From: Candidatus Dadabacteria bacterium UBA1144
Lineage (GTDB): Bacteria; Desulfobacterota_D; UBA1144
Direction of reading: 5' to 3'
NCBI GenBank assembly: GCA_905181755.1
Contig: CAJIYY010000022.1
Span: 1-36,233 of the forward strand
DNA: 36,233 nt
In this document: piece after piece, positions 9,951-19,632 of the stretch
Layout: the number at the start of each line of letters is the position of its first letter
How positions within the stretch are numbered: position 1 is the stretch's first letter
Made by a program: the position numbers and the translations under genes
The notes under the pieces: model-generated
Database searches by the model: none
What the model was told of the DNA's origin: nothing
Seen by the model: the letters and a program-made list of their open reading frames with translations, nothing else

Positions 9951-11695
9951 GCATAGAAAAAAATGGCATAGCTATATCCCCTGGTTTTTCTGTTGGTAAT
10001 GCTTTATTGATAAATCAGGCAAAAACAGTAGTTGAAAAAAGGAAAATTAAAACTAATGAAATAGTTATGGAAGTTAATAGATTCCAGGCAGCTGTAGAAG
10101 AATCTAAGAATGAAATAAGCAAGATGAAACAGAACAAGAATAACGAGTATAAAATTGAGCATATAGAAATTTTAGATTTTAATATTTTAATACTTGAAGA
10201 CGAAATACTTGCTGGTGAAGTTGTTGACACAATCACAAAGAAGCAAATTAATGCTGAGTGGGCTTTAAACAAAGTCCTTACAAATAAAAGTAAAGAATTT
10301 GCCTTTGTTAAAGATTTGTATATGCAAGAAAGATTAGCAGACTTTTACTATATAGCAGAAAGAATAACCAAGAACCTTAGGGGGCTAAACGAAAATTTAT
10401 TCGAAATAAAAAGTAATACTATTCTAGTAGCACATGATTTGTCACCTATAGATGCTCTAAAGTATTGTAGAAATGGAAACGTTAATGGTATTGTGACGGA
10501 CTTAGGTGGAACAACGTCTCACACTGCGATTATAGCAAGGTCACTAGGAATCCCTACAATAATGTCTCTTTTAAATATAAGCACGTCTATTGAGCCAGGA
10601 CAAAGAATATACGTTGACGGATATAAGGGTAGAGTTAAGTGGAAAGTAAATAAATCGGAGAAGGATGAGCTTAATACATTACAGACTAAATATACATCAT
10701 TTCAAAAGAATCTTTTTGAATTTTCTAAACTATCTGGGGAGACTAAAGATAAAAAAATTATATCTATAAAGGCAAATATCGAAATATCATCTGAGGTTAA
10801 AATGGCCCAAAAGTACGGAGCTGAAGGAATAGGAATGTATAGAACTGAGTTTTTATTCACAAGCAAAGAGCAATTTCCTTCATTAGATGAGCAATATGAA
10901 GACTACAAAGAGTTATTCAAAGAGAACCTATTTAATGAAGTTACAATAAGAACCCTAGATATAGGTGGAGATAAAATCCAAGATTATTCGCATCTCGAAA
11001 ACAATCCTGCTCTTGGATTACGAGGAATTAGATATTCTTTGGTAAATATTGACATCTTTAAAACTCAGTTAAATGCTATTTTTAAAGTAATAGAGAGTGA
11101 AAAGAAAAAAATTAGGATTCTATTGCCCATGATTTCCAATATAGATGAAATTGATAAATCTTTATTTATTATCGATGAAGTAAGAAAGAATTATTCCATA
11201 GATTCGAACCTCCTCTCTGTAGGCGTAGTGATAGAGACACCTTCTGCAGTCCTTTTGGTTGAAGAAATATCAAAAAAAGTGAACTTTATAAGTGTTGGCA
11301 CAAATGACTTAATTCAATATACTCTGGCAGCTGATAGAACTAATGAAACATTAGAGAATATCATTTCCCACTATCAACCATCTGTAGTAAGAATGTTAAA
11401 CCTAATCAGTGATAAAGTTCCGGCAAATACATACATATCTATATGCGGGGAAATGGCTAATGATATAAACTGCCTTCCATTATTTATCGCTATGGGGGTT
11501 AGAGAATTAAGCATGAACTACTATTCAATACCAAGAATTAAAAGTGCCATACATGATCTTTCTTTTAACGATTGCGTTGACACAGTCAAGCATTGCTTAA
11601 ATCTTACAAGCCACGAAGAAATAAAGAATGAGCTTTCTCAACTTATAAGGAACAAGATGAAAGGATATGACTCAATCATGGATTATCAGGTTTAA
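9947..11695 (+). CDS. ptsI: Phosphoenolpyruvate-protein phosphotransferase (PTS Enzyme I)
   Basis: DLGGTTSHTAIIARSLGIPT carries the phospho-His. GIGMYRTEFLF, LDIGGDK and GTNDLIQYTLAADR mark the PEP-utilising domain. Length is 582 aa. Confidence 0.9.
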   Translation: MSIEKNGIAISPGFSVGNALLINQAKTVVEKRKIKTNEIVMEVNRFQAAVEESKNEISKMKQNKNNEYKIEHIEILDFNILILEDEILAGEVVDTITKKQINAEWALNKVLTNKSKEFAFVKDLYMQERLADFYYIAERITKNLRGLNENLFEIKSNTILVAHDLSPIDALKYCRNGNVNGIVTDLGGTTSHTAIIARSLGIPTIMSLLNISTSIEPGQRIYVDGYKGRVKWKVNKSEKDELNTLQTKYTSFQKNLFEFSKLSGETKDKKIISIKANIEISSEVKMAQKYGAEGIGMYRTEFLFTSKEQFPSLDEQYEDYKELFKENLFNEVTIRTLDIGGDKIQDYSHLENNPALGLRGIRYSLVNIDIFKTQLNAIFKVIESEKKKIRILLPMISNIDEIDKSLFIIDEVRKNYSIDSNLLSVGVVIETPSAVLLVEEISKKVNFISVGTNDLIQYTLAADRTNETLENIISHYQPSVVRMLNLISDKVPANTYISICGEMANDINCLPLFIAMGVRELSMNYYSIPRIKSAIHDLSFNDCVDTVKHCLNLTSHEEIKNELSQLIRNKMKGYDSIMDYQV

Positions 11696-11770
11696 TGGCC
11701 CGCTCATGAGGACTCGAACCCCAATTACTTGATCCGAAGTCAAGCGTGTTATCCATTACACTATGAACGG
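11696..11770 (-). tRNA. tRNA-Arg (anticodon UCG), CCA encoded
   Basis: Reverse complement: CCGTTCA-TA-GTGT-AATGGATA-ACAC-G-CTTGA-CTTCGGA-TCAAG-TAAT-TGGGG-TTCGAGT-CCTCA-TGAGCGG-G-CCA. It folds as a cloverleaf with a 7-bp acceptor (one G-U), a 4-bp D stem, a 5-bp anticodon stem, loop CU-UCG-GA, and a T arm with GGTTCGAGTCC. Confidence 0.85.
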
Positions 11771-11809
11771 ATTCTTTATATATTAAAGATTAGTAGTTAA
11801 AGTAATTTA

Positions 11810-12148
11810 ATGAAAGATGAACTATTTGTCGACAAAAAATGTGAAGTCTGCAGCTCTTTTGGTGAATACATTCTCTCTAAAAAGAAGAATTCTATTATTA
11901 TCAAAGATATAAATGAGCTAGACAATGAGACCCGAAGTCTAGACAAAATGTACTTTAAAAGAATGGGGAGAGTTTTTATTGGCCATGAGGCCCTATTGGA
12001 AAGTATTAAAAATATTGAAAATCTAAGTTTTATTAGAAAAATCTTAGTAATGCTTCCTAATTTTGGTATGAGATTACTCTATAGAGTACTGTCTAAAAAT
12101 AGACATCGCATAGCTAAACTACTTAAGATAATCAAACCAAAAACGTAG
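11810..12148 (+). CDS. Thiol-disulfide oxidoreductase DCC-family (DUF393-like) protein
   Basis: An N-terminal D-x2-C-x2-C motif (VDKKCEVCSSF) and a C-terminal LYRVLSKNRHRI segment resemble the DCC family. Length is 112 aa. Confidence 0.55.
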   Translation: MKDELFVDKKCEVCSSFGEYILSKKKNSIIIKDINELDNETRSLDKMYFKRMGRVFIGHEALLESIKNIENLSFIRKILVMLPNFGMRLLYRVLSKNRHRIAKLLKIIKPKT

Positions 12149-13228
12149 CCTATTCTTCTGAGGGTTATAGGAATCTAATCTCTTAATGTTTTCCTTAGAT
12201 AAGCTCTTATGTGATTTACTAAGCTTATAAAAATAGAGGTGCGATTTAAAAACGTCCTCTACCTCACGAGCCTTAAGTATATTCGAAGATATAAAGTATA
12301 TGGATTTACTAATTATAATAACTCGTGGATAAGTTTTAAACTTCTTAATAAACCTTGGAATCTCTTTTTCTAGCGATTCATTTACTACCAAAGCAGATTC
12401 ACCACAGTATAGCAATTGATCTGGATTTAAGGGTTTAGAAAAGCCCGCTGGAAACTTTGATTTTACAAAAGAATTAATAAAAATATCTTCACTATAATAT
12501 GAGACCAGATCATTAAAATCATTTTTCCACAATATCTCTGAGATTAAACTTGTAATCTTGTAACGCTTAAAATTCACTTTTGAATATCGTTCCAACTTAA
12601 CCATTATTTCTTCAATGTAAGCAATAAGGTCATCCGCATTATCTGAAGAACAAATTAGTCCGTGATTCTCTAGAAACAAAATAGTATATTTGTTCTTCAA
12701 TATAGACTCCTTATGAGGATTCACAATTCTCATAATTTCTGATGCCAATGCAATCCCAGGGGTCTTATATTTAATATAAAAGAAAATCTTATCTAAAATT
12801 TCTTCTTCAAATATTGAATTAAAAATTTTTTTTGAATTGTTTGATGTTGAAACAATGTTCCCGGCTATAGGGTGAAAATGAATTGTATATTTTTTGAGCA
12901 TAGAATGTGTAAAAGTTTCTATAGATGGGGCGTTACCAGAAATTATAGATCTTCTCAGTACATCAAAAGAAGCTTTTTCAATTGATTTATCTATCTTAAC
13001 GTTAGTAGTAGTTTTAAGAAATTTAATTAGCTTATTGTTACTAAGAACTGAAAAACCATATTTAGAGCTAACTTCAGCTAGCGAGTATCCGCTAGACTTA
13101 ATAAACATCCTATCTCCATCTTTAATGGAAGTATTTCCTCCAGCAGCTTGAACTAAATCAAACCTTTGACCAAAATACTTAGAGATTCTAACAAATTCAC
13201 TTATGAGACTTGAATCTTTCTTAACCAT
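12119..13228 (-). CDS. Class II aldolase/adducin-domain protein (stand-alone aldolase-like domain)
   Basis: The N-terminal AAGGNTSIKDGDRMFIKSSG is the signature seen in the aldolase domain of bifunctional aldolase/short-chain dehydrogenases; FLENHGL is also present. It overlaps the upstream epimerase gene by 28 nt. Confidence 0.6.
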   Translation of the reverse strand: MVKKDSSLISEFVRISKYFGQRFDLVQAAGGNTSIKDGDRMFIKSSGYSLAEVSSKYGFSVLSNNKLIKFLKTTTNVKIDKSIEKASFDVLRRSIISGNAPSIETFTHSMLKKYTIHFHPIAGNIVSTSNNSKKIFNSIFEEEILDKIFFYIKYKTPGIALASEIMRIVNPHKESILKNKYTILFLENHGLICSSDNADDLIAYIEEIMVKLERYSKVNFKRYKITSLISEILWKNDFNDLVSYYSEDIFINSFVKSKFPAGFSKPLNPDQLLYCGESALVVNESLEKEIPRFIKKFKTYPRVIIISKSIYFISSNILKAREVEDVFKSHLYFYKLSKSHKSLSKENIKRLDSYNPQKNRLRFWFDYLK

Positions 13229-14184
13229 TTATTGTTTTCGATATGCCACTTATAAGTTCTTAGCATTCCTTCTTCTAAATTAATCTTAGGCTCCCATTTT
13301 ATAGTCTTGATTGTTTTGCTTATATCAGCCGAAGTATAAAAAACATCTTCTGGCGTTGAAGGCTTATCTATTCTTTTGATTTCTTTATTAGAAAGTTTAG
13401 AGATAATTTTAATCAAGTTGTTAACAGAAACAGGCCTATTGTTGCCGAGATTTAAATAATTGAGACCTTTCAGTTTAGTAGACTTATATATACCATCGAC
13501 AATATCTTCAACATAAGTAAAATCTCTTTTTTGTTTTCCTGTACCAAAGACATTAATAGATCTTTCATTTATCGCTGCCTCAGTAAAAATAAAAGGAGCC
13601 ATATCCGGCCTACCACAAGGTCCGTATACAGTAAAAAAACGTAATATAGTTATGTTCTGACTGTATAAAGCATAGTATGCATGAAGTAGGACTTCAGAAG
13701 CCTTTTTTGAAGCAGCATAAATAGAATCAGGTTTGCTTGTTTCGCTGTTAATTTTAAAGCTCTTCTCCTTACTGTCACCGTAGACACTAGAGGTAGAGGC
13801 TTGAACAAATGAATTAACAGAGAACTCTCTGCTAAGCTTTATTAAGTTTAGAACTCCCATCAAATTGGACTCATAATATGAATTTGGAAAAAGAGTTGAC
13901 TTCCTTACTCCTGTACCAGCTGCTAAATTTACAACAGCATCTAACTTGTTCTTTTTGAAATTATTAAAATAGGTAGTAAGTTTCTTTTCTGAAGAGATAT
14001 CAACCTTACTAAAGATGAAGTTCTTGTTCTTTATTAATTGAGAGTTTCTCCATTTCTTAAGTTTTACATCATACCCGTCATTATGATTATCAATACCGAA
14101 CACCTTAAATCCTTTTCTTAAATACAATAAAGATAGGTGGTAACCGATAAATCCAGAAGCTCCAGTAATTAAAACATTATTCAT
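13201..14184 (-). CDS. NAD-dependent nucleotide-sugar epimerase, UDP-glucuronate 4-epimerase-like (extended SDR)
   Basis: ITGASGFIGYHL (Rossmann) and YAASKKASE (YxxxK) are present. RFFTVYGPCGRPDMAPFIFT and RDFTYVEDIVDG closely match the UDP-GlcA 4-epimerase subgroup pattern. Confidence 0.8.
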   Translation of the reverse strand: MNNVLITGASGFIGYHLSLLYLRKGFKVFGIDNHNDGYDVKLKKWRNSQLIKNKNFIFSKVDISSEKKLTTYFNNFKKNKLDAVVNLAAGTGVRKSTLFPNSYYESNLMGVLNLIKLSREFSVNSFVQASTSSVYGDSKEKSFKINSETSKPDSIYAASKKASEVLLHAYYALYSQNITILRFFTVYGPCGRPDMAPFIFTEAAINERSINVFGTGKQKRDFTYVEDIVDGIYKSTKLKGLNYLNLGNNRPVSVNNLIKIISKLSNKEIKRIDKPSTPEDVFYTSADISKTIKTIKWEPKINLEEGMLRTYKWHIENNKWLRKIQVS

Positions 14185-14194
14185 ATTAATAAGA

Positions 14195-14611
14195 TTACCT
14201 TACCTCTTTTGCACGATTTTTAAAAACCCAAAGTCTTTGTCCAAAATAACCTATAATGACAGAAACAAATAATGAAATAAAATAAGCAGTGTCAATGTCT
14301 TGCAGGATTCTGAAAACAAAGTTATTAACGGCAACATTAACTATGATTGCAATTATATAAAGAGCTAGATACCTTTTTAAATCATCAAAATATGAGGAAG
14401 CTGACTTAAATGTCCAAATCCTATTAAAATGAAAAGATATGTTGACTCCAAGGAAAGTCGCGGCCCCTTTGGCTAAATCCATATCAATAATGTTCAATAA
14501 AAACTTATATAGTGACAAATCGCAGATTAATGCAAAGACTCCAATAGTCCCCCACTTGTAGGTTTTAGGATCTTTCAATAACATTATTAGGTATTTAATG
14601 ATTTTAAGCAT
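14195..14611 (-). CDS. GtrA-family membrane protein
   Basis: 138 aa with 4 predicted TM helices and the HFNRIWTFK motif typical of GtrA-like proteins. Confidence 0.8.
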   Translation of the reverse strand: MLKIIKYLIMLLKDPKTYKWGTIGVFALICDLSLYKFLLNIIDMDLAKGAATFLGVNISFHFNRIWTFKSASSYFDDLKRYLALYIIAIIVNVAVNNFVFRILQDIDTAYFISLFVSVIIGYFGQRLWVFKNRAKEVR

Positions 14612-14700
14612 TGATTTAAAAATTCATAATAAATTTAATTATTTGATTAGTCAAACTATAATAATGTAATCTAAAACTATATTAAGACCGATTAAAGATA

Positions 14701-16269
14701 ATGTTAAAAATTATTTCAAATTTAAACCTCAAAGAAAAAGAAAAGTATTTTTTTATTTCTACTTTTGTAATAATTACTCTATCAATACTTACAAATAGTA
14801 TTGTAGATACTAATGGATTCCTTACTAATGATTCAACCCACTTCTTAAAGCTTGCCAAATCATTCAGTCTAAATAATGATCTTCATGTTTACTCCTGGAC
14901 TAATAGCGGAGAAATAAATTTCTTTAGTATGTGGCCATTAGGATATCCGTTACTAATCTCTTTTATATCAGACCTAACCTTTCTTGATGTTTTTTGGTCC
15001 TCTAAGTTAGTAAACATATTGTCAGTACTAGCAGTTTTCCTAATGATCTACAAACAAACTCCTTTTGGATATTCATTGATTGCCCTACTGTTCCTGTTTG
15101 GAAGCTTTATTAATATTTTTTCTTACACCATAACTGAGAACTTATTCATGGTAGGACTAATTTCCTATGCTTACACAAGCCACAATCTAACTACGAATTC
15201 TAACAAAAAGAATATATTCCTAGCATTTCTTTCTTTTGCTATAGCATTTTCATCAAGGTACATTGGTGGCTATCTGTTGGTATTTAACTTTTTCTTAATT
15301 CTTAAATCAATAAAAAATGGTTCTATAGGCACAAGAAATCTAATTATTCTGCTTATAGCGTCAGGAATTTACATGATAGCTTATTTGTATATGAACAAAT
15401 ACTTCACGGGATTCTTAACTTACCCTCACGCTTATCTCACATATGAATCAGCGACTGAAATAATATTACATTTTATTAAAAAAGTTTTTGAAGAGCTTAA
15501 TCTTATTATGGCCAGCGTAAGGTTCAGTGCGAGCCCTTTATTCTCGATAATTTCATCATTTATTTCAGCAATTTTTATCTCATTGGTGGCGCTCTATTGC
15601 AGTAGAGCAAAAGTGAAAGACTCAAGCCTTAATAGACTAGGAAACAACTTTGTGAACCTATCGTTTTTCTACTTAATAATAGTCTTCGCCTGGAGATTAA
15701 CTATATGGTTTTCTCCTTTCTCATATAGGATACTATTTCCCGCATCAATTCTTATGATGATAGGTTTTGCCTACAAGATCCTTTCTAGGACAAATTTGGA
15801 TCTTGACGGCATAAAGGGAATATACTTAACCCTAGTGCTTATTGGATTCTTATCAATTGGACACAATGTGGTTTACAAGCAGGTATCGTTTGAAGGAATT
15901 TCTTATACTGAAAATATCAAAAGAATAAAGAAAAAATACGATAAAATTGATGGTGGAGGCGCAATCATTTTTGGCGAAAGGCAAGTTGACTACCTTAGGA
16001 CTGACTTAATTCCTTTGAAGCCCTATTATCTTCCTCTATTTGAAAAAACAGAATCTTTAAAAGAGATAAACAGAAGAATCGCAAAATTCGATTTATTATA
16101 TTTTAATATTCCCGAGATATGTCAGAAACCATATAGGACTTTATCCGGCGATAGAGGCCTAAACTGCATTTCTTCAGAGAAAAAAATTCATTCGTTTGAT
16201 ACTAAAATTCTCAACTATATTAAAGAAAACAAAAAGCTTGGACTCCATAGAATAAGAGAGATTAGATGA
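14701..16269 (+). CDS. Polytopic membrane protein, probable GT-C-fold (ArnT/PMT-like) glycosyltransferase
   Basis: 522 aa with roughly 11-13 hydrophobic segments and a soluble C-terminal ~130 aa. The first loop carries an acidic/aromatic patch (TNDSTHFLKLAKSF) where GT-C enzymes have their catalytic D/E. The call rests on architecture and context only. Confidence 0.5.
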   Translation: MLKIISNLNLKEKEKYFFISTFVIITLSILTNSIVDTNGFLTNDSTHFLKLAKSFSLNNDLHVYSWTNSGEINFFSMWPLGYPLLISFISDLTFLDVFWSSKLVNILSVLAVFLMIYKQTPFGYSLIALLFLFGSFINIFSYTITENLFMVGLISYAYTSHNLTTNSNKKNIFLAFLSFAIAFSSRYIGGYLLVFNFFLILKSIKNGSIGTRNLIILLIASGIYMIAYLYMNKYFTGFLTYPHAYLTYESATEIILHFIKKVFEELNLIMASVRFSASPLFSIISSFISAIFISLVALYCSRAKVKDSSLNRLGNNFVNLSFFYLIIVFAWRLTIWFSPFSYRILFPASILMMIGFAYKILSRTNLDLDGIKGIYLTLVLIGFLSIGHNVVYKQVSFEGISYTENIKRIKKKYDKIDGGGAIIFGERQVDYLRTDLIPLKPYYLPLFEKTESLKEINRRIAKFDLLYFNIPEICQKPYRTLSGDRGLNCISSEKKIHSFDTKILNYIKENKKLGLHRIREIR

Positions 16270-17564
16270 GCTATCAAGATTTAACAAATAGAATTAAGAA
16301 AAACTTTAAGGTTCTTGGAGCTGCGAAAATTATAGGGGGGCTAATGTCAGCTCTGACTTTACTCTTAATTGGAAGAGCTCTAGGTGTAGAGAAATTTGGT
16401 ATATTTTCAATGGTTATATCCGCAGTAGAAATTTGCAACATATTTCTAAGTTTTAGAGTCTGGGATACGGCTGTAAAGTTCATAGGAGAGAATTTAGAAA
16501 AAAGAAGAACAGCGTCAAAATATTTGTCTTTAAGTCTGCTTCTAGGTCTTGCTTCTTCAGCAATTTCTTTCTTAATAATAATTCTTATCACCAATTTATT
16601 TGCTGAAAATTTGTTCAGTTCAGTAAGCAACTCTAAACAATTAGTAATTACTTATTCAATAGTAGTTTTATTCATTTCCTTGAATGAAATAATAGATGGA
16701 ATTCTTAGAGTTTTGGATAGATACAAATCAATCTTCAAAATTAATATTTACACAAACCTGTTTAGACTTTTACTCGTAATTACTACACTTATATTATTTG
16801 GCCTTAATATCCAAAACATTATCAACTGCTTTGTCTTAAGTTATATTTGCTGGTTCATTGTAAGAATTATATTTTTAACAGAAGCTTTGAAACTAAGTTC
16901 TATCACAATTAATCCTTTAGACTTACCTAACTCTCAATCATGTTTTAGGTTCATAAAATTTATGTTAAATGCCCACTTTTCAAATATCTTAAACATTGCT
17001 AATGATAAGAACTTGGGCGTTCTAGCAGTGGGGTATTTGGCAACACCTTATTATGCTGGACTTTATCGAGCTGCAAGAGCCATTGTAAAAATAATTAGAA
17101 GAATGATGGATCCGCTACTTGAAATAATATTCCCTGAATTAGTTAGGTTATATTCTGAAAAGAACTTTGAGACCTATAAAAGAATTATTTTTGATTCGAC
17201 TAAGTTAATACTATTAGTCTCTCTAGGAGTAGGAGGGGTAATTTTTTATTTTTCAAATAGTATAATCATATTATTTTTTGGTGAACAATACGTAGAAGCT
17301 GTTCTAGCATTACAAATCCTAATAATAGGAATGATTATTCACAATACTGCTTATTGGGTTAATCCCTCTATCCTATCTTCAGGAAATCCCAAGTTCTTAT
17401 CAATTATTACAATTGCAACAACTACTACTTACTGCTTATGTCTTCCATATTTTATTGGTCAAATAAATCATGAAGGCGCGGCAATTTCTTTAGTAATTAA
17501 GAACATTTTAACCTTGATACTTGGCCTTATCTTCTACTTTAAATTTTTAAAAAATAAAGTTTAA
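16266..17564 (+). CDS. Polysaccharide/oligosaccharide flippase (MOP superfamily, Wzx-like)
   Basis: 432 aa with about 12 TM segments. The N-terminal KVLGAAKIIGGLMSALTLLLIGRALG pattern is typical of polysaccharide biosynthesis (Wzx) proteins. ATGA overlap with the preceding gene. Confidence 0.7.
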   Translation: MSYQDLTNRIKKNFKVLGAAKIIGGLMSALTLLLIGRALGVEKFGIFSMVISAVEICNIFLSFRVWDTAVKFIGENLEKRRTASKYLSLSLLLGLASSAISFLIIILITNLFAENLFSSVSNSKQLVITYSIVVLFISLNEIIDGILRVLDRYKSIFKINIYTNLFRLLLVITTLILFGLNIQNIINCFVLSYICWFIVRIIFLTEALKLSSITINPLDLPNSQSCFRFIKFMLNAHFSNILNIANDKNLGVLAVGYLATPYYAGLYRAARAIVKIIRRMMDPLLEIIFPELVRLYSEKNFETYKRIIFDSTKLILLVSLGVGGVIFYFSNSIIILFFGEQYVEAVLALQILIIGMIIHNTAYWVNPSILSSGNPKFLSIITIATTTTYCLCLPYFIGQINHEGAAISLVIKNILTLILGLIFYFKFLKNKV

Positions 17565-18583
17565 GATGGTGTAGGTTTTGTCTTAGTATTAGAGAATGGT
17601 TGGTTAAGTGAGGCAGAGTGTTTCTCGACCCACAAGTTTTCTATCTTGCTTATTTCTTCAGATGAAAGAGGTGAAAGCTCTGAAACACCACTGTACTCGT
17701 CTATCTCATCATGAGATGTAAAATTAGGCAAAACAGTACATATGTTAGGGACCGATAAAGGGAAAAGAATAGCAGCCTGTCCTATTGTTCTTTCGTTGTC
17801 TTTATATAAAAACTCAAAATCATCTCTTGCCTCTAGACCTTCTTGCATCCACTTTTGCTTCCTGTGACTTCTATGGTCGTCCTTTGAGTAAACCTTATCT
17901 TTAGTAAAACTCCCATCCATAATACCTGAAGCATGAGGAACTCTGGATATTAATCCAGTTTCTGTTTCAGCTGCTTTATCAAATAATGACTTAGACGGTT
18001 CTTGCTCTAGCAGATTATAAATAATCTGCAAGGCTAGCGGTGAATGGTTCATAGAATCAAGACCCTCATCTAACCATCCGATGTCTGGACCTAATGCCAT
18101 AGCGTAAGATCTAATTTTTCCTTCTTCAACTAGCTTCTCAAGAGTCTCAAGTACCTCATCATTATTGATAAAATCCATCCGAGGATTATGGAGCTGGTAA
18201 ATGTCTATATAATCGGTAGAAAGTCTCTTTAGGCTTTGTTCGCAAGAAAATCTCACATCCTTAGCAGAAAACTTTTGGGGCATTTCACTGTGGCCTTTTC
18301 TTTCTCCTGCATTAGAATAAATATCATAGCCAAACTTAGTTGCATATATTCTTTTATCTCTAGATTTAGGGAAAGCTTTAGCTAAAACTTCTTCCCCATA
18401 ACCATTTCCATAAATATCTGCTGTATCATAGAAGTTTATTCCTACATCAAAAGCATGGTGCAACAAGGATAACGACAGCTTCTCTTCGGTAACCCCCCAC
18501 CACTTTGTAGCTACGGACCATACACCAAAACCCACCTCTGAGACTCTAAGCTCTTTGTTCTTGGGAAAAGTTCTATAGTTCAT
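17561..18583 (-). CDS. Aldo/keto reductase
   Basis: MNYRTFPKN.ELRVSEVGFGVW, FYDTADIYGNGYGEE, IDIYQLHNP and a TIGQAAILF-type C-terminus are present. I prefer the ATG at 18583; the track ORF starts at 18613 inside trxB. Confidence 0.8.
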   Translation of the reverse strand: MNYRTFPKNKELRVSEVGFGVWSVATKWWGVTEEKLSLSLLHHAFDVGINFYDTADIYGNGYGEEVLAKAFPKSRDKRIYATKFGYDIYSNAGERKGHSEMPQKFSAKDVRFSCEQSLKRLSTDYIDIYQLHNPRMDFINNDEVLETLEKLVEEGKIRSYAMALGPDIGWLDEGLDSMNHSPLALQIIYNLLEQEPSKSLFDKAAETETGLISRVPHASGIMDGSFTKDKVYSKDDHRSHRKQKWMQEGLEARDDFEFLYKDNERTIGQAAILFPLSVPNICTVLPNFTSHDEIDEYSGVSELSPLSSEEISKIENLWVEKHSASLNQPFSNTKTKPTPS

Positions 18584-19517
18584 AATCTTCCTCCAGAAAT
18601 CTTTCAGCATCAATGGCAGCCATACATCCAGAACCTGCCGCTGTTATTGCTTGCCTATAAATACTATCTTGAACATCGCCTGAAGCAAAAACACCCCTAA
18701 TATTGGTTCGGGATGATTTACCATCAGTTATCAAGTATCCATTAGAATCTATATGCAAGATATCCTTAAAGAGACTTGTATTGGGGTTGTGCCCTATGGC
18801 GATAAATACACCATCTGTCTCAACTTCAACTTCACTTCCTGTTTTAGAGTCCTTGTAGATTAATCCATATACTCCTTTTTCCTGATTTCCTATAAATTCG
18901 ATCGGTTCTGCGTTCCATAGAAAGTCTATCTTGTCATTACTAATTGCTCTATCTTCCATTATTTTTGAAGCTCGCAAAGTATCTCTTCTATGCATGATAG
19001 TTACCTTAGAAGCGAATTTTGTTAAGAAAATTGCTTCTTCCATTGCACTATCTCCGCCGCCAATTACATGAATGGACTTATCTTTGTAGAAAAACCCATC
19101 GCAGGTTGCACAAGTTGAAAGTCCCCTACCAACAAACTCATCTTCACCTTTTATTCCTAAAAGTTTGGCCGAAGCTCCCGTGGAAATTATTACGGAATCA
19201 GCTTCTATCTTTTCATTATCTGTCTCGAGCTTAAAAGGGTAAGATTCAAAATCTACTTTATCAACCTGCTTCATAATACATTTTGCACCAAATTTCTGTG
19301 CTTGCTCTCTAAGCAGGTCCATAAGATTTGGTCCCATTACACCGTCTGGAAAACCAGGAAAATTTTCAACATCTGTTGTCATTGTTAGTTGACCACCAGC
19401 TTGAAATCCTTCAAATACGATCGGATTAAGATTAGCTCTCGCACAATAAATCGCCGCTGTTAGCCCCGCAGGTCCCGACCCTATAATTACAACTTTATTT
19501 TTTTTAGGATAGTCCAT
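18573..19517 (-). CDS. trxB: Thioredoxin-disulfide reductase
   Basis: VVIIGSGPAGLTAAIY (FAD), the redox-active CATCDG, VIGGGDSAMEEA (NADPH) and GVFASGDV are present. I prefer the start at 19517 (MDYPKKNK), preceded by AAGAGG. Confidence 0.9.
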   Translation of the reverse strand: MDYPKKNKVVIIGSGPAGLTAAIYCARANLNPIVFEGFQAGGQLTMTTDVENFPGFPDGVMGPNLMDLLREQAQKFGAKCIMKQVDKVDFESYPFKLETDNEKIEADSVIISTGASAKLLGIKGEDEFVGRGLSTCATCDGFFYKDKSIHVIGGGDSAMEEAIFLTKFASKVTIMHRRDTLRASKIMEDRAISNDKIDFLWNAEPIEFIGNQEKGVYGLIYKDSKTGSEVEVETDGVFIAIGHNPNTSLFKDILHIDSNGYLITDGKSSRTNIRGVFASGDVQDSIYRQAITAAGSGCMAAIDAERFLEEDYEL

Positions 19518-19632
19518 CACAACCTCTTGCAAATATGAATTTAGCAACTAATTTAATATATATGTTACCAGTTTGTTAATTATTATGTATTTTATACCAA
19601 TAAGGTAAATAGAGGAATTTTTTTTAAATTAA

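Noticed and set aside
368-11770. A tyrosine recombinase plus a tRNA gene, read as the boundaries of an integrated genomic island or prophage.
   Set aside because: The intervening genes (carD, bio operon, mqn, ptsHI) are core housekeeping genes with the same composition as the flanks. I found no direct repeat of the tRNA 3' end near the recombinase, and no phage, conjugation or excisionase genes. The recombinase looks like a chromosomal XerC/XerD-type enzyme.
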